A DNA stretch of 64,000 nucleotides from Arcobacteraceae bacterium (lineage in GTDB: Bacteria > Campylobacterota > Campylobacteria > Campylobacterales > Arcobacteraceae): contig OY759974.1 of assembly GCA_963662945.1 (NCBI GenBank), positions 704,001 to 768,000 on the forward strand, given 5' to 3'. This document shows, one piece after another, positions 38,389 through 49,452 of the stretch (positions are counted from its first letter, which is position 1; every line of letters begins with the position of its first letter). The position numbers and the translations under genes were made by a program. The notes beneath the pieces were generated by a model. It did no database searches. It saw only the letters and a list, made by a program, of their open reading frames with translations, and was not told the DNA's origin.

Positions 38389-38445
38389 AACTTCAGTAGG
38401 TTTTACAAAACACTGGAGTTGTGTTTAACCGACTATCTTCAGTTT
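38389..38445 (-). ncRNA. L10 leader (L10-L12 autoregulatory cis-element)
   Basis: mRNA reads AACTGAAGATAGTCGG...AAAACCTACTGAAGTT, matching the GAAGAC-AG..GG/CC..GAGG kink-turn pattern upstream of rplJ. Confidence 0.7.
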
Positions 38446-38517
38446 TAATGTAGTGCTTTGAATAACACTCAAACGTGAAGACCAAAGTCTTCACTATTGA
38501 ATATTAAATCAATGTAA

Positions 38518-39210
38518 TTATTTAATATCCATCATCTCTAAACTGTCAATAACAACAGATGGAGACATTGTTAAAGATACTGCAGCTTTAGTTACATATC
38601 TACCTTTAGCAGTTGCTGGTTTTGCTTTATTAACAGCAGCCATAATTGCTTTGATATTTTCAACTAATGCTTCAGCTGTAAAAGAAACTTTACCAACACC
38701 AGCGTGAATATTTCCTTTTTTATCAACTCTATATGTAACTTTTCCACCTTTAGCTTCGCTAACAGCTTTTGCTACATCCATAGTAACTGTACCTGTCTTA
38801 GGGTTTGGCATTAACCCTTTTGGTCCAAGTATTCTACCAATTTTACCTACTAATCCCATTGTATCTGGTGTTGCAATAAGTACATCAAACTCAATGTTTC
38901 CAGCTTGGATAGATTCAACTAAATCATCATTACCAACGATATCTGCACCAGCAGCTTTCGCCTCATCCATTTTAGTTCCCTTAGCCATAACTGCAACTCT
39001 TACAGTTTTACCTGTACCGTTTGGAAGTACTACAGCACCTCTGATCATTTGATCAGCGTGTCTTGGATCTATATTTAAGTTTAATGCAATATCAACTGTT
39101 TCGTCGAATTTTGCTGACTTTAATTCTTTTACTAATGCAACTGCATCAGCTAAAGCGTATTGTTTTGTTGTATCTACTTTTTCTAATAAAGATTTATATC
39201 TTTTGCTCAT
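38518..39210 (-). CDS. rplA: 50S ribosomal protein L1
   Basis: [30 protein letters not shown]. Confidence 0.97.
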   Translation of the reverse strand: MSKRYKSLLEKVDTTKQYALADAVALVKELKSAKFDETVDIALNLNIDPRHADQMIRGAVVLPNGTGKTVRVAVMAKGTKMDEAKAAGADIVGNDDLVESIQAGNIEFDVLIATPDTMGLVGKIGRILGPKGLMPNPKTGTVTMDVAKAVSEAKGGKVTYRVDKKGNIHAGVGKVSFTAEALVENIKAIMAAVNKAKPATAKGRYVTKAAVSLTMSPSVVIDSLEMMDIK

Positions 39211-39313
39211 TTTTTATCTCCGCAATATTTATTTTTTAAGAGTTATACTCTTTTTGCTTCCACTTTTAAAGCCTTGTGGTCGTTTGGCTGATTATTCTTT
39301 AAAATTTTAAAGA

Positions 39314-39736
39314 TTATGCTATTTCAACACCCATACTTCTACATTGACCAGCAACAATTTTCGCAGCTTGCTCAACATCATTAGTATTTAAATCTGCAAT
39401 TTTTTGATTAACAATTTCCATAACTTGTTCTTTTGTTAATTTTGCAATTTTATTTTTTAGAGCATTATCACTACCTTTTTTAATGTTAGCAGCTTTCATA
39501 ATTAACTCACTCATTGGAGGTTGTTTTGTGATAAATGTAAAACTTTTATCAGTATAAACTGTAATCTCAACTGGAATCTTAAATCCTGCATTTTGCTTAG
39601 TTTTTTCATTAAAAGCCTTACAGAACTCCATAATATTAATACCTCTTTGACCAAGTGCTGGTCCTACAGGTGGTGATGGGTTAGCAGCACCAGCTGGAAT
39701 TTGAAGCTTTAAATATCCTTGTATTTTTTTTGCCAT
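39314..39736 (-). CDS. rplK: 50S ribosomal protein L11
   Basis: [15 protein letters not shown]. Confidence 0.97.
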   Translation of the reverse strand: MAKKIQGYLKLQIPAGAANPSPPVGPALGQRGINIMEFCKAFNEKTKQNAGFKIPVEITVYTDKSFTFITKQPPMSELIMKAANIKKGSDNALKNKIAKLTKEQVMEIVNQKIADLNTNDVEQAAKIVAGQCRSMGVEIA

Positions 39737-39757
39737 TTTTTTTCCTTAAATATAGTG

Positions 39758-39849
39758 TTAAGTGTCACATTGAACACTTAAAAATTAGTTAGCGAGATGC
39801 TAAGTACTAAATATTACTCCTAATACTTAGCACTTAGCACTTAGCACTT
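39758..39849. repeat. Heptamer tandem/inverted repeats (ACTTAGC) in nusG-rplK spacer
   Basis: (ACTTAGC)x3.5 at 39825-39849; inverted TGCTAAGTA at 39798; TTAAGTGT/ACACTTAA at 39758/39774. Confidence 0.75.
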
Positions 39850-39854
39850 TTAAA

Positions 39855-40382
39855 TTATTCTACTCTTTCTACTTGTGTATATGAAATTTCTACTGGTGTA
39901 TTTCTACCAAAAATCAATACGTTTAATTTTAACATTCCTGAACTCATATCAAATGATTCAACAATACCATTAAAGTTAGCAAATGAACCTTCTTTAATTC
40001 TAAGCATTTCACCTTCATCAAACGAAACTTTTGGTTTAGCTGCTGCTCTATTATTTACTTTTTCTAGAATTTGATTAATATCTTTTTCACTTAAAGGTGA
40101 AGGTTTTTTAGACTCTCCAATAAATCTTCCAACTTTTGGCATAGATTGTATTGCATGCCAAAGCGCTGTATCAAGGTCTATTCTTGCAAATACATATGCA
40201 GAATATAATGGTTTTTCAACTATTACCTTTTTCCCTTTTTTTATCTCAATTAAATCTTCAGTTGGAACTAGAACCTGTTCAATTCTTCCATCTGCCATAT
40301 CTTTTGAAAGCTTTTCAAGAGCATTTTTAATAGTTAATTCACTACCTGAGTGTGTTTGTATTGCGTACCAATTATGTGCCAT
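39855..40382 (-). CDS. nusG: Transcription termination/antitermination factor NusG
   Basis: WYAIQTHSGSE, KOW GSFANFNG, IFGRNTPVE. Confidence 0.97.
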   Translation of the reverse strand: MAHNWYAIQTHSGSELTIKNALEKLSKDMADGRIEQVLVPTEDLIEIKKGKKVIVEKPLYSAYVFARIDLDTALWHAIQSMPKVGRFIGESKKPSPLSEKDINQILEKVNNRAAAKPKVSFDEGEMLRIKEGSFANFNGIVESFDMSSGMLKLNVLIFGRNTPVEISYTQVERVE

Positions 40383-40389
40383 ATTAATC

Positions 40390-40572
40390 CTAACTCATTA
40401 TAGATGATAAACTTACTGACATAATTGCATCAATAAGTGCTAAAAATAGTGAAATTACTGTCACTACAACAAAAACTGAAAGAAAAGCACTTCTAATTTG
40501 CTCTTTGATTGGAAAAATTACTTTGTGTAATTCATCTTTTGCTTGTTTATAATAAAAACGTAATTTATTCAA
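40390..40572 (-). CDS. secE: Preprotein translocase SecE
   Basis: ELHKVIFP plus one TM; between tRNA-Trp and nusG. Confidence 0.92.
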   Translation of the reverse strand: MNKLRFYYKQAKDELHKVIFPIKEQIRSAFLSVFVVVTVISLFLALIDAIMSVSLSSIMS

Positions 40573-40594
40573 AATAATACCTTCTATAGTTTTT

Positions 40595-40642
40595 AAGTAT
40601 TAAGTGTTAAAAAGATAATTATCTACTTAACACTTAGTACTT
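40595..40642. repeat. Heptamer-based inverted repeat between tRNA-Trp and secE
   Basis: AAGTATTAAGTGTTAA / TTAACACTTAGTACTT (15/16 match) with inner palindrome AGATAATTATCT. Confidence 0.7.
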
Positions 40643-40653
40643 TTCAATTGATG

Positions 40654-40729
40654 TGGCAGGCCAAGAGGGACTCGAACCCCCAGCACCCGGATTTGGAATC
40701 CGGTGCTCTACCATTGGAGCTATTGGCCT
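40654..40729 (-). tRNA. tRNA-Trp(CCA)
   Basis: AGGCCAA acceptor stem, anticodon CCA, GTTCGA, encoded CCA end. Confidence 0.96.
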
Positions 40730-40740
40730 TTGCATAGTTT

Positions 40741-40766
40741 TGTAAAAAGCCAAAAGGCTTTTTACA
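40741..40766. terminator. Hairpin/terminator downstream of rpmG
   Basis: TGTAAAAAGCC-AAAA-GGCTTTTTACA perfect 11-bp IR. Confidence 0.6.
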
Positions 40767-40775
40767 GTTAAGAAA

Positions 40776-40940
40776 TTAAGATTTTAACTTAACTTCTTTA
40801 TGTGTAGTGTGTTTTTTAAGTCTTGGACTATATTTTTTTACTTCAAACTTTTCAGAATGAGTTTTTGGATTTTTCATTGTTGTGTAGTTGATGTCACCAC
40901 TTTCTACACATTTTAATCCAATTTTAATTCTATCACCCAT
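40776..40940 (-). CDS. rpmG: 50S ribosomal protein L33
   Basis: Below ORF-track cutoff; [54 protein letters not shown]. Confidence 0.95.
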   Translation of the reverse strand: MGDRIKIGLKCVESGDINYTTMKNPKTHSEKFEVKKYSPRLKKHTTHKEVKLKS

Positions 40941-40946
40941 GATTGA

Positions 40947-42155
40947 CTACTCAATAATCTCAGCAACAACACCAGCACCAACAGTTCTACCACCTTCTCT
41001 GATCGCGAACTTTGTACCTTTTTCAAGTGCAACTGGGTTAACTAAAGTAACTGTCATTTCAACATTATCACCTGGCATAACCATTTCTGTACCTTCTGGT
41101 AATTCAACTGAACCTGTAACGTCTGTTGTTCTTACATAGAATTGTGGTCTGTATCCTGAGAAGAATGGAGTATGTCTTCCACCCTCTTCTTTAGAAAGGA
41201 TATATGTTTCACATCTGAATTTTGTATGTGGTGTAATTGATTTTGGTTTACAAAGAACTTGTCCTCTTTCAACTGCTTCTTTAGCGATACCTCTTAAAAG
41301 AATACCACAGTTATCACCAGCTTCACCTTGCTCCATCTCTTTTCTAAACATCTCAACACCTGTTACAGTTGTTGTTTGTGTATCTCTAATACCAACGATC
41401 TCAATTGTTTCACCAACTTTGATTGTTCCTTTTTCAATTCTACCAGTTACAACTGTTCCTCTTCCTGAGATTGAGAAAACATCTTCAACAGGCATTAAGA
41501 AATCTTGATCAGTATCTCTAACTGGAGTTGGGATGTAAGCATCTACTTCAGCCATAAGATTATAAATTTTCTCTGCCCATACACCAGCTGTACCAGCTTT
41601 AGCTTCTTCTAATGCTTGGAATGCAGAACCAGCAACGATTGGAGTATCATCACCTGGGAAATCGTAATCAGAAAGTAACTCTCTAACTTCCATTTCAACT
41701 AATTCTAACATTTCATCTTTATCTTCATCATCTAATTGATCTTCTTTATTTAAGAATACAACGATGTAAGGTACACCTACTTGTTTAGAAAGAAGAATGT
41801 GCTCTCTTGTTTGTGCCATAGGACCATCTGTAGCAGCAATAACTAGGATAGCACCATCCATTTGTGCAGCACCAGTAATCATGTTTTTAACGTAATCGGC
41901 GTGACCTGGACAATCTACGTGTGCGTAGTGTCTTGTTTCTGTTTCATACTCAACGTGAGAAGTAGCAATTGTAATACCTCTTTCTCTTTCTTCTGGAGCA
42001 TTATCAATTTGATCATAATCCATTGTTGCTTGACCATTTTTAAGCCCTAAACACATTGTGATAGCAGCTGTTAATGTTGTTTTACCGTGGTCAACGTGAC
42101 CAATTGTACCTATGTTAACGTGTGGTTTACTTCTGTCAAATTTTTCTTTTGCCAT
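40947..42155 (-). CDS. tuf: Elongation factor Tu
   Basis: [30 protein letters not shown]. Confidence 0.99.
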   Translation of the reverse strand: MAKEKFDRSKPHVNIGTIGHVDHGKTTLTAAITMCLGLKNGQATMDYDQIDNAPEERERGITIATSHVEYETETRHYAHVDCPGHADYVKNMITGAAQMDGAILVIAATDGPMAQTREHILLSKQVGVPYIVVFLNKEDQLDDEDKDEMLELVEMEVRELLSDYDFPGDDTPIVAGSAFQALEEAKAGTAGVWAEKIYNLMAEVDAYIPTPVRDTDQDFLMPVEDVFSISGRGTVVTGRIEKGTIKVGETIEIVGIRDTQTTTVTGVEMFRKEMEQGEAGDNCGILLRGIAKEAVERGQVLCKPKSITPHTKFRCETYILSKEEGGRHTPFFSGYRPQFYVRTTDVTGSVELPEGTEMVMPGDNVEMTVTLVNPVALEKGTKFAIREGGRTVGAGVVAEIIE

Positions 42156-42257
42156 AATTTTTCCTTAAGATTTTGTTTAATTACCCTCTGAGTAGATAAG
42201 CCTTGGGCTAATCTATTCAAAGGGAAAGTTTATTTATTTTTTGTACTCATTTATAAG

Positions 42258-42332
<75 letters not shown>

Positions 42333-42456
42333 GGTATTTTACAATACTTAACCTGAAATTATACTAAAATGATTACATGGAATTACTAAATTATTAAAAT
42401 TATATAAAATGAGTTACGATATGTTCGTATTGAACTCAGCTTCCAGTGTAATTTTT

Positions 42457-42533
42457 TGGAGCGGGAGACGAGACTCGAACTCGCGACAATCTGCTTGGAA
42501 GGCAGAGGCTCTAGCCAACTGAGCTACTCCCGC
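42457..42533 (-). tRNA. tRNA-Gly(TCC)
   Basis: GCGGGAG acceptor stem, anticodon TCC. Confidence 0.96.
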
Positions 42534-42543
42534 TTAAGTAGTA

Positions 42544-42628
42544 TGGTGGTGGGAGAAGGATTTGAACCTTCGAAGCCGTAGGCGGCGGATTTACAATCCG
42601 CAGGATTTGACCACTCTCCAATCCCACC
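42544..42628 (-). tRNA. tRNA-Tyr(GTA)
   Basis: GGTGGGA acceptor stem, long variable arm, anticodon GTA. Confidence 0.95.
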
Positions 42629-42682
42629 GTAATTACTGGTATAGCGCTGATCTTTTTAAGATGAACACTGAACAATGATAAA

Positions 42683-42758
42683 TGGAGCTTCAAATAGGAC
42701 TTGAACCTACGACCTGCTGATTACAAATCAGCTGCTCTACCAACTGAGCTATTGAAGC
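42683..42758 (-). tRNA. tRNA-Thr(TGT)
   Basis: GCTTCAA acceptor stem, anticodon TGT. Confidence 0.96.
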
Positions 42759-42825
42759 ATAAAAACAATCACAAAGAACTCAATGTTCTTTAAAAATCTA
42801 ACATCAAGTTAGTTTTTTAAATTCA

Positions 42826-42901
42826 TGGTGGCGCGAGACAGAATCGAACTGTCGACACAAGGATTTTCAGTCCTTTGCTCTACCGACTGAGCTATCGAGC
42901 C
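42826..42901 (-). tRNA. tRNA-Phe(GAA)
   Basis: Anticodon GAA, GTTCGA, CCA end. Confidence 0.95.
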
Positions 42902-42924
42902 ATCTTCTTTGTTTTTGGACTGAA

Positions 42925-42958
42925 ATTATATAGAAGTAATACTTAATAAATACTTAAT
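42925..42958 (-). promoter_or_regulatory. sigma70 promoter of the tRNA-tuf operon
   Basis: TATAAT (42925-30) preceded by 11-bp periodic TTAAGTA repeats, as in Campylobacterota promoters. Confidence 0.6.
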
Positions 42959-42987
42959 TATAAGACAAATTTTTAAATTTTGCAAAA

Positions 42988-44145
42988 TTAAGAATTTTCA
43001 CCAATTATTCGCTTAAATTCTTCCCCTCTATGTACATAAGAATTAAACTGATCTAATGATGCTGCAGCTGGTGAAAGCATATTAATTGATGTACTAATTT
43101 TAAAAAGAGGATTTGTAATAATATTCTTAATCGCTACTTCTAAAGTAAAACAATCAATACATTGAATATTATATGTATGTGACAACTCCACTAATTTTTG
43201 CGTATTTTTTCCAATTGCAAATATTCTTACTTTATATTTTACTATCTCTTGAAATAAAGGATTTAAATCAACACCTTTATCATCTCCACCCAAAATCAGA
43301 TTTATCGAATCCTCTTTATATGTTCGTAAAGCTTGTATCACAGCATCAATATTTGTTGCTTTACTATCATCAACCCATATATTTTTATTTTTATCTTTGA
43401 ACTCTTCTAATTTGTGTGGGTCTTGTATAAAACTATTGATTAGTTCATAATTTATATTTTGATTATAAAGTTTTGTTGCTGCTAAAGCTAATACAGCATC
43501 TTGTAAAAATGGTTCTTTAAAATCAATTTTTGATATATCTATATTAAATTGATTTGCTATGTCACTTGTATTTTCATAAGTGTATACTTGTGCAGCTGTT
43601 TGAAACTCTTTATATTTAGATGGTATTATAGCTATATCATTTTCATTCATCATAGTTAATGGTTTTAACTTAGCATTTTCATATTCACCAAAAGTTCCAT
43701 GCCAATATATATGATCTTCTGTGATTGGTAAAAGAATATAGATATTTGGTTTTACTTTTGAAGTATAATGTAATGTAAAAGAAGATGTTTCTAAGATTGC
43801 TTTTTTCTCTTTACTTATTTTAGCCAAAGGGATACCAATATTTCCACCACAAGCAAAACCATCATTTTTTAAGAGATGATATAACATTGAAGTAGTTGTT
43901 GTTTTTCCGTTAGTACCACTTATCCAAATAGTATATTGTGACTCATCTAAAAATAAATCATAGTCACTTATTGGATTTTTTGTATTCTGTACAAGATAGT
44001 TATGTGGAGGTATTCCTGGGCTTACTACAGTTGGTTCAGAACTTTCTATATCAAATTCATTTTTATCATCATCATCATAAAGTTTTACATCTTTATACAA
44101 CTCTTGTATTGCAAGAGCTGTTTTTCCTTTACCTAAAACTCTCAT
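42988..44145 (-). CDS. murD: UDP-N-acetylmuramoyl-L-alanine--D-glutamate ligase
   Basis: SGTNGKTTT, GGNIG, DDSKATN, LSPAAASLDQF. Confidence 0.95.
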   Translation of the reverse strand: MRVLGKGKTALAIQELYKDVKLYDDDDKNEFDIESSEPTVVSPGIPPHNYLVQNTKNPISDYDLFLDESQYTIWISGTNGKTTTTSMLYHLLKNDGFACGGNIGIPLAKISKEKKAILETSSFTLHYTSKVKPNIYILLPITEDHIYWHGTFGEYENAKLKPLTMMNENDIAIIPSKYKEFQTAAQVYTYENTSDIANQFNIDISKIDFKEPFLQDAVLALAATKLYNQNINYELINSFIQDPHKLEEFKDKNKNIWVDDSKATNIDAVIQALRTYKEDSINLILGGDDKGVDLNPLFQEIVKYKVRIFAIGKNTQKLVELSHTYNIQCIDCFTLEVAIKNIITNPLFKISTSINMLSPAAASLDQFNSYVHRGEEFKRIIGENS

Positions 44146-45206
44146 TATCTAATTTTTAAACTAAGGATTGCTAAAAGGTTTGACATAAATGCAATAATCC
44201 AAAACCGTATGATAACTTTATTTTCATGCCAACCTTTCTCTTCAAAATGGTGATGAATAGGAGCCATAAGAAAAACTCGTTTTTTTCGTAATTTAAAACT
44301 TCCTACTTGCAATATAACAGATACTGTTTCCATAACAAATAAAAATCCAATAATAACAAGTAAAATTTCACTTTTTCCTACTATTGCCAAATATCCCATA
44401 AATCCACCAATAGCTAAACTTCCACTATCTCCCATAAAAACTTGTGCTGGATGTGAGTTGTACCATAAAAATGCTATTAATGAACCTACAAAAGCAGAAC
44501 CTACAATAGCAAGTTCTCCTACTGTTTTAATATTTGGTAGTAAAAGATATCCACTAAATATAGCATGACCAGTAATATATACAATTACAGATAATGTAAA
44601 AAATGAAACTATAGAAGGGACAACAGCTAATCCATCAAGTCCATCAGTTAAGTTTACAGCATTTGATGTAGCAACCATAACTAATATCCAAAAAACAACT
44701 GCGAATAATCCCATATCAACTAAAGGATATTTATAAAAAGGGGCATAAAGTTCAGTTGTATGTCCTATATAAAATAAAACTCCAACTACTACCCCTGCAC
44801 TTAGTGTCTGTAATATAAGTTTTCCTCGTGCACTTAAACCTGCACTGTTTTTATTATTTGAAACTTTTGCTAAATCATCTTTAATCCCTATAAGACTAAA
44901 GAGTGCGATAATTAAAACACCGCCTATTACATAAAAGTTATTTAATTTAGCTGTTAATAATGTAGCAAGAATAGTTGTGAAAACAAAGACTACTCCTCCC
45001 ATTGTTGGGGTTCCCACTTTTGTTTGATGAGAATTTGGTGCATGTTCATAAATAGGTTGGCTTTTTTTTCTATTTTGTGCCCAACGAATAAATTTTGGCA
45101 TTATATAAAATGTTAAAAAAAATGCTATAAAAAATGCTAAACCCGCACGAACAGAGATATATTGAAAAATGTTAATATCGAGATGTCTATAGAACCAATA
45201 AAACAA
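44145..45206 (-). CDS. mraY: Phospho-N-acetylmuramoyl-pentapeptide transferase
   Basis: [34 protein letters not shown]. Confidence 0.97.
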   Translation of the reverse strand: MFYWFYRHLDINIFQYISVRAGLAFFIAFFLTFYIMPKFIRWAQNRKKSQPIYEHAPNSHQTKVGTPTMGGVVFVFTTILATLLTAKLNNFYVIGGVLIIALFSLIGIKDDLAKVSNNKNSAGLSARGKLILQTLSAGVVVGVLFYIGHTTELYAPFYKYPLVDMGLFAVVFWILVMVATSNAVNLTDGLDGLAVVPSIVSFFTLSVIVYITGHAIFSGYLLLPNIKTVGELAIVGSAFVGSLIAFLWYNSHPAQVFMGDSGSLAIGGFMGYLAIVGKSEILLVIIGFLFVMETVSVILQVGSFKLRKKRVFLMAPIHHHFEEKGWHENKVIIRFWIIAFMSNLLAILSLKIR

Positions 45207-45286
45207 TTTGAAACCTTTTTAAGTAGTTATGTGTTAATATATTAAATTAAAAAGGGATTATATCCTAAAGTTTATTAAGGTTATAA

Positions 45287-46765
45287 ATGAGAAATAAAAA
45301 AACTATATTAATCATTACTGATGGAATTGGTCATAACAGTTCTTGCAATTTTAACGCTTTTTGTAATGCTAATAAACCAACATACGATAAATTATTTAAA
45401 GAAGTTCCTTATAGTTTGATACAAACTTATGGAGAATATGTAGGACTTCCTGATGGACAAATGGGAAACAGTGAAGTTGGACATATGAGTATTGGAAGTG
45501 GAAGAGTTCTTTATCAAGATTTAGTAAAAATCAATCTTGCAATTAAAAATGATACATTAAAAGAAAATAAAGTTTTACAAGAGACTTTAAATAGTGCAAA
45601 TAACTTACATATTATTGGACTTTTAAGTGATGGTGGTGTTCACTCTCATATTGATCATCTTATTGCGTTAGCAAAAATAGGAAAAGCCAACAATAAAAAA
45701 GTATTTTTACACCTTATTACAGATGGTAGAGATGTAGCACCAGATAGTGGATATAGTTATATGAAACAGATTGAAGAGATCTGTGATGAAAATATATCTA
45801 TAGCAACTGTTGGTGGTAGATATTATGGTATGGATAGAGATAATAACTGGGATAGAGTTCAAAAAGCTTATGATGTCATAGCAAATGGAACTAACCCTAC
45901 TACATCAACTATTGAACAATTTATACAAGAGCAATATTCAAAGAATATTTTTGATGAGTTTTTAGAACCTACTTCATTTAATAGTTATAATGGAATTCAA
46001 AATAATGATGCTTTAATCTTTGCAAACTTTAGAAGCGATAGAGCAAGAGAGTTAAGTTTTGCATTTGGTTCAAATGATTTTCATGAATTTCCAACAAAAA
46101 ATATAACACTCCATCTTGCAACTATGACACAGTATGATAAAAACTTACCATTACCAGTTCTTTTCCCAAAAGAAACTCCTAAAAATGTTTTAAGTGAAGT
46201 TATTAGTAATGCTGGTTTAACACAACTACATACAGCAGAAACAGAAAAATATGCTCACGTAACATTTTTCTTTAATGGAGGAGTTGAAGAACCTTTTAAA
46301 AATGAACAAAGAGTTTTAATACCATCTCCAAAAGTAGCAACGTATGATATGCAACCGCAAATGTCAGCACCTGAAGTAAGTTTAGCTGTACAACAAGGGA
46401 TGGATGAGCAAAAAGATTTTATTGTTGTAAACTTTGCAAATGGAGATATGGTAGGACATACAGGTGTCTATGATGCTGGAATTAAAGCTGTTGAAGCTGT
46501 TGATAAAGAGTTAGGAACTATTATAGATAAAGCAAAAGTGTGTGGATACAATGTAGTTCTTACATCAGACCATGGAAACTGTGAAATGATGAAAGATGAG
46601 AGTGGAAAAACACTTACAAATCATACGGTCGGAGATGTATACTGCTTTGTTATAGCTGATGGTGTTACAAAAGTAAAAACAGGAGCTTTAAATAATATTG
46701 CTCCAACTGTTTTAAAACTGATGGATTTAGAAATTCCTGCAGATATGGATGAACCACTTATATAA
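45287..46765 (+). CDS. gpmI: 2,3-BPG-independent phosphoglycerate mutase
   Basis: [34 protein letters not shown]. Confidence 0.96.
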   Translation: MRNKKTILIITDGIGHNSSCNFNAFCNANKPTYDKLFKEVPYSLIQTYGEYVGLPDGQMGNSEVGHMSIGSGRVLYQDLVKINLAIKNDTLKENKVLQETLNSANNLHIIGLLSDGGVHSHIDHLIALAKIGKANNKKVFLHLITDGRDVAPDSGYSYMKQIEEICDENISIATVGGRYYGMDRDNNWDRVQKAYDVIANGTNPTTSTIEQFIQEQYSKNIFDEFLEPTSFNSYNGIQNNDALIFANFRSDRARELSFAFGSNDFHEFPTKNITLHLATMTQYDKNLPLPVLFPKETPKNVLSEVISNAGLTQLHTAETEKYAHVTFFFNGGVEEPFKNEQRVLIPSPKVATYDMQPQMSAPEVSLAVQQGMDEQKDFIVVNFANGDMVGHTGVYDAGIKAVEAVDKELGTIIDKAKVCGYNVVLTSDHGNCEMMKDESGKTLTNHTVGDVYCFVIADGVTKVKTGALNNIAPTVLKLMDLEIPADMDEPLI

Positions 46766-46767
46766 AT

Positions 46768-47484
46768 ATGTCAAACTTACAAATATCTCAATTAATCGTT
46801 AAAGAGGGCAATAATAATACCCTTGTAAATCTTTTTGAAAATAATGATATCAATTTAGATATTCAATCCTCTTTAGCCCTTGTTGGGCAAAGTGGTAGTG
46901 GAAAATCTTTGAGTTTAAAAACAATTCTTGGAATGTTACCAAAAAATTTAACTACTCAATTTAAATACACAAGTGATTTTGAATTAAGTAAACAAAATAT
47001 AGGTTTTATACCTCAAAATCCATTTACTTCACTCTCTCCAATGACTAAAATATATAAACAGTTTTTTTGTAATGAAGAAAAGATAAAAGAACTGTTTGAA
47101 TTAGTAAAACTGGATATTGAACTTAAAGATAAATTTCCAGTCCAATTAAGTGGTGGACAACTTCAAAGAGTTGTTATAGCAATAGCTTTAAGTAACAATC
47201 CAAAACTTCTTTTGTTAGATGAACCAACAACAGCACTTGACAGCCAAAGTAAAAAAAATATTTTGAGTATTTTAAAAGAGTTGCAAGAAAAACTTGGATT
47301 TTTAATAATATTTGTAAGTCATGATATTCAAAGTGTAGAAAATATTTGTGAAGAGATTGCTGTTTTAAAAAATGGTGTTATTTGCGAATATGGAAAAACT
47401 TTAGATATTATTAAAAACCCACAAAATAGTTATACTCAAGAATTACTTACAAGCAATTTTGAGAACAGAGGATTTAGAGTTTGA
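46768..47484 (+). CDS. DppD/NikD-like ABC ATP-binding protein (orphan)
   Basis: GQSGSGKS, LSGGQLQR, DEPTTALD, PQNSYTQELL. Confidence 0.85.
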   Translation: MSNLQISQLIVKEGNNNTLVNLFENNDINLDIQSSLALVGQSGSGKSLSLKTILGMLPKNLTTQFKYTSDFELSKQNIGFIPQNPFTSLSPMTKIYKQFFCNEEKIKELFELVKLDIELKDKFPVQLSGGQLQRVVIAIALSNNPKLLLLDEPTTALDSQSKKNILSILKELQEKLGFLIIFVSHDIQSVENICEEIAVLKNGVICEYGKTLDIIKNPQNSYTQELLTSNFENRGFRV

Positions 47485-49445
47485 TTAAAAAATTACTTCT
47501 ATTTTTCAGTTTTATTGGTATTGGTGTACTAATATGGCTTTTATATCTTTATTCAGAGATACGATTTGATGTAGATAAAATTGTAGAATATAAACCAAAA
47601 CTTACGACACAGTTTTTTGATAAAAACGGTGTACATGTTGGAAATATCTTTGAAGATGAAAATAGACTTTATGTAAAATATGCAGATATACCTCCAAGGG
47701 TTACAGAATCACTCGTAGCAATAGAAGATACAAACTTTTTTGAACATAGTGGAGTTAATGTTGATGCGATAATAAGAGCACTTATAAAAGATATTAAAGC
47801 AATGGCTTTAGTTGAAGGGGCTAGTACACTTACACAACAACTTGTAAAAACAATGATTTTAACAAGAGATAAAAAACTTATTAGAAAGATCAAAGAGGTT
47901 CTGCTTTCTATGAGATTAGAAGCACTACTTTCAAAAGAAGATATTATAGAAAGATATCTCAATCAAGTATATTTTGGTCATGGATATTATGGTATTAAAA
48001 CAGCTGCTTTAGGATATTTTCATAAAGAGTTAGATCAACTAACTATAAAAGAGATAGCAATGCTTGTTGGACTTCCGAGAGCTCCAAGTTTTTATGACCC
48101 AACACGAAATTTAAAATATTCACTTATTCGAGCAAACCAAGTTATTAGTAGACTGTATACTTTAGGTTGGATTAGTGATGAGGAATACAATAAATCAATT
48201 AATGAATTACCTATTATTTATAATGATACTTTATCTTTAAACAAAGCTCCCTATATTATAGACCATGCTATTAAGCAGTTAAAAGATGATGTTCCAGATT
48301 TACGAACAGGTGGACATAAAATTGTTTTAACTATAGATTTAGAAGCACAAAAAATTGCACGAGAAGCTTTACGATATGGTTATGAAAGAATTAAACAAAG
48401 AGATGAATTTGTAGACACAAACGAAAGTACAACACAAACTTTAAATGGTGCTATAGTTGTATTAGAAAACTCAACAGGTGCAATTTTATCTATGGTTGGT
48501 GGAATTGATTATAAAGAGTCTTCATTTAATAGAGCAACACAAAGTTTAAGACAACCAGGAAGTGCAGTAAAACCATTTATTTATCAAGTTGCTTTAAATC
48601 TCGGTTACTCAACAGCAAGTAATCTTACAGATATTTCAAGAAACTATAAATACACTTCAAAAGACAATGAAGAGAAAATTTGGCAACCTAAAAACTATGA
48701 AAAGAACTTTAAAGGTCTTGTATCATTTAGATATGCACTTGTACACTCAAGAAACCTTGCAACGATTAATTTAGTTACTGATATTGGTATTGATATTCTT
48801 CATAAAGAGTTAGAACGATATGGTTTTAAAGATATCCCATTTGATTTGTCTATTACACTTGGAAGTTTTGGAATCTCTCCTTTAGATTTAAGTGAAGAAT
48901 ACACTATGTTTTCAAATAGTGGTATTGTTGTAACCCCTTACCTTATATCAAGTATAACAAACAGATACAATCAAAAAATTGTGTTCGAACCAGAAGAAAC
49001 TTATCTTAACTCTCCAGAACAAGCATATCTTATGACATCTATTTTAAAAGATGTTGTTAAAAAAGGAACTGGTAGAAGTGCACAAGTTGCAGATATAGAA
49101 CTAGTTGGTAAAACAGGTACAACAAACAACAACGTGGATGCTTGGTTTTGTGGTTATTCACCAACAATCCAAACTGTTATTTGGTATGGAAATGATGACA
49201 ATAAACCTATGGGGAAAAGAGAAACTGGGGGAAGAACAGCAGCTCCTGCTTTTAGATATTTTTACAAACATTGGTTAGAACTTCATCCTGAGATACAAAG
49301 AGATTTTGTGATGCCTCCAAATGTATTTGTGCAAAAATACAATGGAGAAGATGAATTATTTACAGAAACATCAAGAGTTCCAAAAGAACAAACAGATGTA
49401 GAGATACAAACAGATTATCTCAAAAATAAGAATATACTTTTTTAA
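47481..49445 (+). CDS. Class A penicillin-binding protein 1A
   Basis: EDTNFFEH, GASTLTQQ, RKIKE; SAVK, SRN, KTG. Confidence 0.93.
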   Translation: MIKKLLLFFSFIGIGVLIWLLYLYSEIRFDVDKIVEYKPKLTTQFFDKNGVHVGNIFEDENRLYVKYADIPPRVTESLVAIEDTNFFEHSGVNVDAIIRALIKDIKAMALVEGASTLTQQLVKTMILTRDKKLIRKIKEVLLSMRLEALLSKEDIIERYLNQVYFGHGYYGIKTAALGYFHKELDQLTIKEIAMLVGLPRAPSFYDPTRNLKYSLIRANQVISRLYTLGWISDEEYNKSINELPIIYNDTLSLNKAPYIIDHAIKQLKDDVPDLRTGGHKIVLTIDLEAQKIAREALRYGYERIKQRDEFVDTNESTTQTLNGAIVVLENSTGAILSMVGGIDYKESSFNRATQSLRQPGSAVKPFIYQVALNLGYSTASNLTDISRNYKYTSKDNEEKIWQPKNYEKNFKGLVSFRYALVHSRNLATINLVTDIGIDILHKELERYGFKDIPFDLSITLGSFGISPLDLSEEYTMFSNSGIVVTPYLISSITNRYNQKIVFEPEETYLNSPEQAYLMTSILKDVVKKGTGRSAQVADIELVGKTGTTNNNVDAWFCGYSPTIQTVIWYGNDDNKPMGKRETGGRTAAPAFRYFYKHWLELHPEIQRDFVMPPNVFVQKYNGEDELFTETSRVPKEQTDVEIQTDYLKNKNILF

Positions 49446-49452
49446 TATATTC

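Noticed and set aside
39758-39849. CRISPR array
   Set aside because: 7-bp units without spacers; no cas genes
42511-42693. 60-aa ORF
   Set aside because: Overlaps tRNA-Gly, tRNA-Tyr and tRNA-Thr
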